Source: the human T2T-CHM13v2.0 reference genome, Homo sapiens
Assembly: GCF_009914755.1 (NCBI RefSeq)
Contig: NC_060934.1
Length of the DNA stretch: 64,000 bases
Reading direction: 5' to 3' (one strand)
How positions within the stretch are numbered: position 1 is the stretch's first letter; every line of letters starts with the position of its first letter. The notes below the pieces were generated by a model. It did not search any database and had not been told where the DNA came from. It saw only the letters and a program-made list of their open reading frames with translations. Positions 60,946 through 64,000 of this stretch are shown one piece after another. A program made the translations under genes and the position numbers.

Positions 60946-63900
60946 AGAGGAAACGTAGACAATCAGAGGAAGTCTGACCTTGCTCTGGCCTTGGTCCCCC
61001 ATCCTCACTCCACACCACCCAACCACAAAGGCACTTAGAAGGATTAAGCCTCCTTGATACAATTGGAGCAGCTGGAAATAGCTTTGCGCAGCCTGCAGCC
61101 GCTGCCTTCCAGCAATCAGCCTCAATCAACACCCACCTGGCCCTGCTGCCAGTTAATTCCACCTGACACCCTGGCCAGGCATCCCAGAGCTGCCAGGTGT
61201 TGGCCCCGTATGAGGGATGGCAGGAGATGGGCCTACTCCACCAAGGCCAGCAGAAAAATCACTCTCCTGGACCCCCCAGTACCCAATGAGAACAACAGTG
61301 TCCCAGGAGCTCCAGCCCACAGCAGAGCTTGGAGACACCAAGAGACACCCACACACACACATTCAGGGAGCTGGGTCACCCCTCAGGAAGTGGATGTGTG
61401 GGTTCCCTCCTGGCCCGGCCACTCTTTTATACTCACTTGGCAACCAGTTCATTGCTCTAAAGAGCTGGGACCCCAGGAGGGACCCCTAAGGGCATCTTGC
61501 ATTGGTCTCTTCAACACCAAAGAGGCAACAGCAGAGACTGAGGGAGAGAAGTGTGACCCCTCTAAATGCTCCACTTGCTCAGAGGCACCCTGAACAAGGG
61601 TGTGGGTGTGGAGGCAGTGGGTACTCACAGTAGGGAGGGGCTGCCTTGGTCCAGAGTGGGGCTCCGTGCCCTCCGAATAGGGACTGCTTGTAGCTGGGGG
61701 AGGGTCCCCACATGATCTCCTTTGGGCCTTCTACTTTGTGAACCCTGACTCAGCCCCATTCCCTCAATCTCTCTAGCCATGTGCCTCTGTGCCTCCCATG
61801 GGAACCTCAGTGCTTCAGCCTAAGCCAGGCCACCCCACTCTCTAGCAAGTGCCTGGGGCCAGCACTGCCAGTCCCCCTCCTCCCAGGGCAGAGGAGCAGC
61901 TAAGGCACCTGCTGGGGCCTGAGGCCACCAAAACACCAGGCAGCACTGCAAGCAGAGTGTGGGGTTCAGAGTAAGGATGAAGAAGCCAGGCTGCCAAGGT
62001 TAAAGCCACTTAACTCTGTGACCTTGGGCAAGACACCTAACTTCTCTGTGCCTAATTTCCTCATTGGCAAAACGGGCTAATAATAGCCCCGCCTCACAGG
62101 CTGAGTGAGTAAATGGTGTAAATTGCTGAGAGCCGAGCCTGACTCACAGGGCACCCTCTATGAGTTTCAGCTATTCTCATGATCTGGGGGTGGCAGTGGG
62201 TGCACTTCTGGGAGTACACAGGCCCCAGTCATTCCAGGGACCCCAGAAGCTTCATTCTTAAGCAGGTTTGTCATAGCCCAGCACTGCCTGGAGTTCAACT
62301 CATCTGGCTTCAACCCTTCTGATGGCGTGGCCAGGGCAGACAGCCGGGCGTGCGGGCCAGCCAAGTCCACCTACCCATACCTGGCATCTGCTGTAGCCTC
62401 CTCCACAACCTCCCCCACTTCACTAAGTCCTGCCCAGACACCTCTCCTTCAGATGACCTGCCCTGAACCCCAGGCTAGGCTATGTCCTCTGTAAGACACC
62501 ACCACACATAGAGTCCTGTCCTCAGGCAGTCACTCCACCATATGGCCACACCTGTCTGCCTCACCTTGGGATCCCCAGAGCCTGGCCCAGAGCAGGCCCT
62601 GAGGGTGCTTGTTGACTCAACATGGGACCATTGGTAAGTGAAGGAGTAACAGCCTCCAGGTATCCCCAGCCCCTGCATCCTGCTCCTGGTAGCAGCAGCT
62701 CCTCCTCCCGGCCTTAGCCCTCCTGCCTATGGTGACCAGCCAGCCTCAAGCAGCCCACCACGAGCCCAACTTGCCCCTGCCTCCTAAACCTGGCTTCAGG
62801 CCCTGCCTGACCTCACCCTACAGTCCCGCCCCATCCCAGAACCACCACCCACCCTACCCCAACCCAGACTGGGCAATCATATCAAGAACTACGGAGGAGA
62901 GAGGCCACCACAGGTCTCCACTTCTCTGGTCACACAGTTGCCTGGGGGAGTTTCTATCACAGATGAGGAAATGAGTCTCCAGTGGGGACAACACCACCAG
63001 GAACTCCTGTGCCACATTTGGCTTCCCTCGGAGCTGGAAGTCTCACCCCTCCCAGAAGCCACTCAGTGACAATGCACAACCAAAGGACAGCAGACAGAGC
63101 TCAAACGGCTTCTCCTGATCAACTCTGGAGAGGCCATCATCAGCACTAAACCTGGCTGAGCATTGAGCCTGGAGCGAGGAAACATGCATTTCTTTCTGTC
63201 TCCACACCTGAACTTCCCACTGTTCCCTGAACACATGTCACCTTTCAACATTTTGTACTTTTGCATACCCTGTTTCCTCTATGTGCATAAGTCTCCTCTG
63301 ACCACTATAAATTCCTACTCATACTTCAAGAGTTTGCTCAGTTGTCACCTCCTCCACGAAGACTCCCCTGATTTCTCCCAGATCTCTCCTCTGTGTTGCC
63401 AGAGCTGTCTCCCCCTCTGGTCTGTGAGCTCCTCCAAGCAGGATCATGTCCAACCCATCTATCCATCTCCCACCCAGGGCTGGCAGATGGGCTCCCTCCA
63501 TGGATGGTGACATGAGTAATACACACACATCTCTGTGCCCGGCGGTGTGGGCAGTGACAGGCCCAAGTGGCCACACTTCTACCCAAGCTGCAATCCCTGG
63601 TTCCATGAGACTTTCCCGAGGACCAGGCCTCTCAGCACTGGGCTGTTTCCAAGGTCTCTAAGCACAACTCTGGCTCCAGCAAACCCAAACATCTGTGGTG
63701 GTGGCCAGGGACGGAGGGAGAACTGCCTGCCCAGCTAGGCTTCCAGAAGGGGCCTGTGATACACATTTTGCAAATGGCAGGAGACATGCATGTCAGAAAA
63801 TTGTCCACAATCAATTTCAAATTCCAAGCGGAAATGGTTGGTTTGCTGCTAATCTGCTGGAAATCTGAAGATAGTGTCTCCCAGGAGGGAGGCAGGGGGC

Positions 63901-64000
63901 CCGGGCTGGTTCCTGGGAGGTCAGAAATGCCCTCTTGACCCCCACCATCTCTGCACACTCAGGGCACAGCCATCTGCCTGGGAAGCAGGGCCAAGTCATT

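Noticed and set aside
60256-61162. 289-aa and 233-aa ORFs
   Set aside because: Open only because the (CCAT/CCAC)n repeat lacks stop codons; no recognisable domain.

Overview
Human/primate genomic DNA inside GRID1 (glutamate receptor ionotropic delta-1, GluD1), transcribed on the minus strand. The only coding sequence is one 285-bp internal exon (38995-39279, amino-terminal domain, most likely exon 3) with canonical splice signals. Everything else is intron: L1, Alu, L2, MIR and hAT-type DNA transposon fossils, several micro/minisatellites and some repeat-free, motif-rich stretches that may be enhancers. The other ORFs are chance, repeat-derived or low-complexity frames. I found no convincing new multi-gene system. 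The most notable observations are: (1) an in-frame read-through of the exon donor to a stop codon, followed by tandem AATAAA (possible intronic-polyadenylated, secreted GluD1 fragment) with an RFX X-box in between; (2) an old L1 with a TSD-bounded 3' transduction; (3) a twin-primed, 5'-inverted L1PA with a 16-bp TSD; (4) a ~170-bp inverted duplication inside an old L1; (5) a three-monomer chimeric Alu; (6) an E-box/GATA 22-bp VNTR and a G4-prone 18-bp VNTR. Repeat subfamily names come from recalled consensus sequences and need RepeatMasker/Dfam confirmation.
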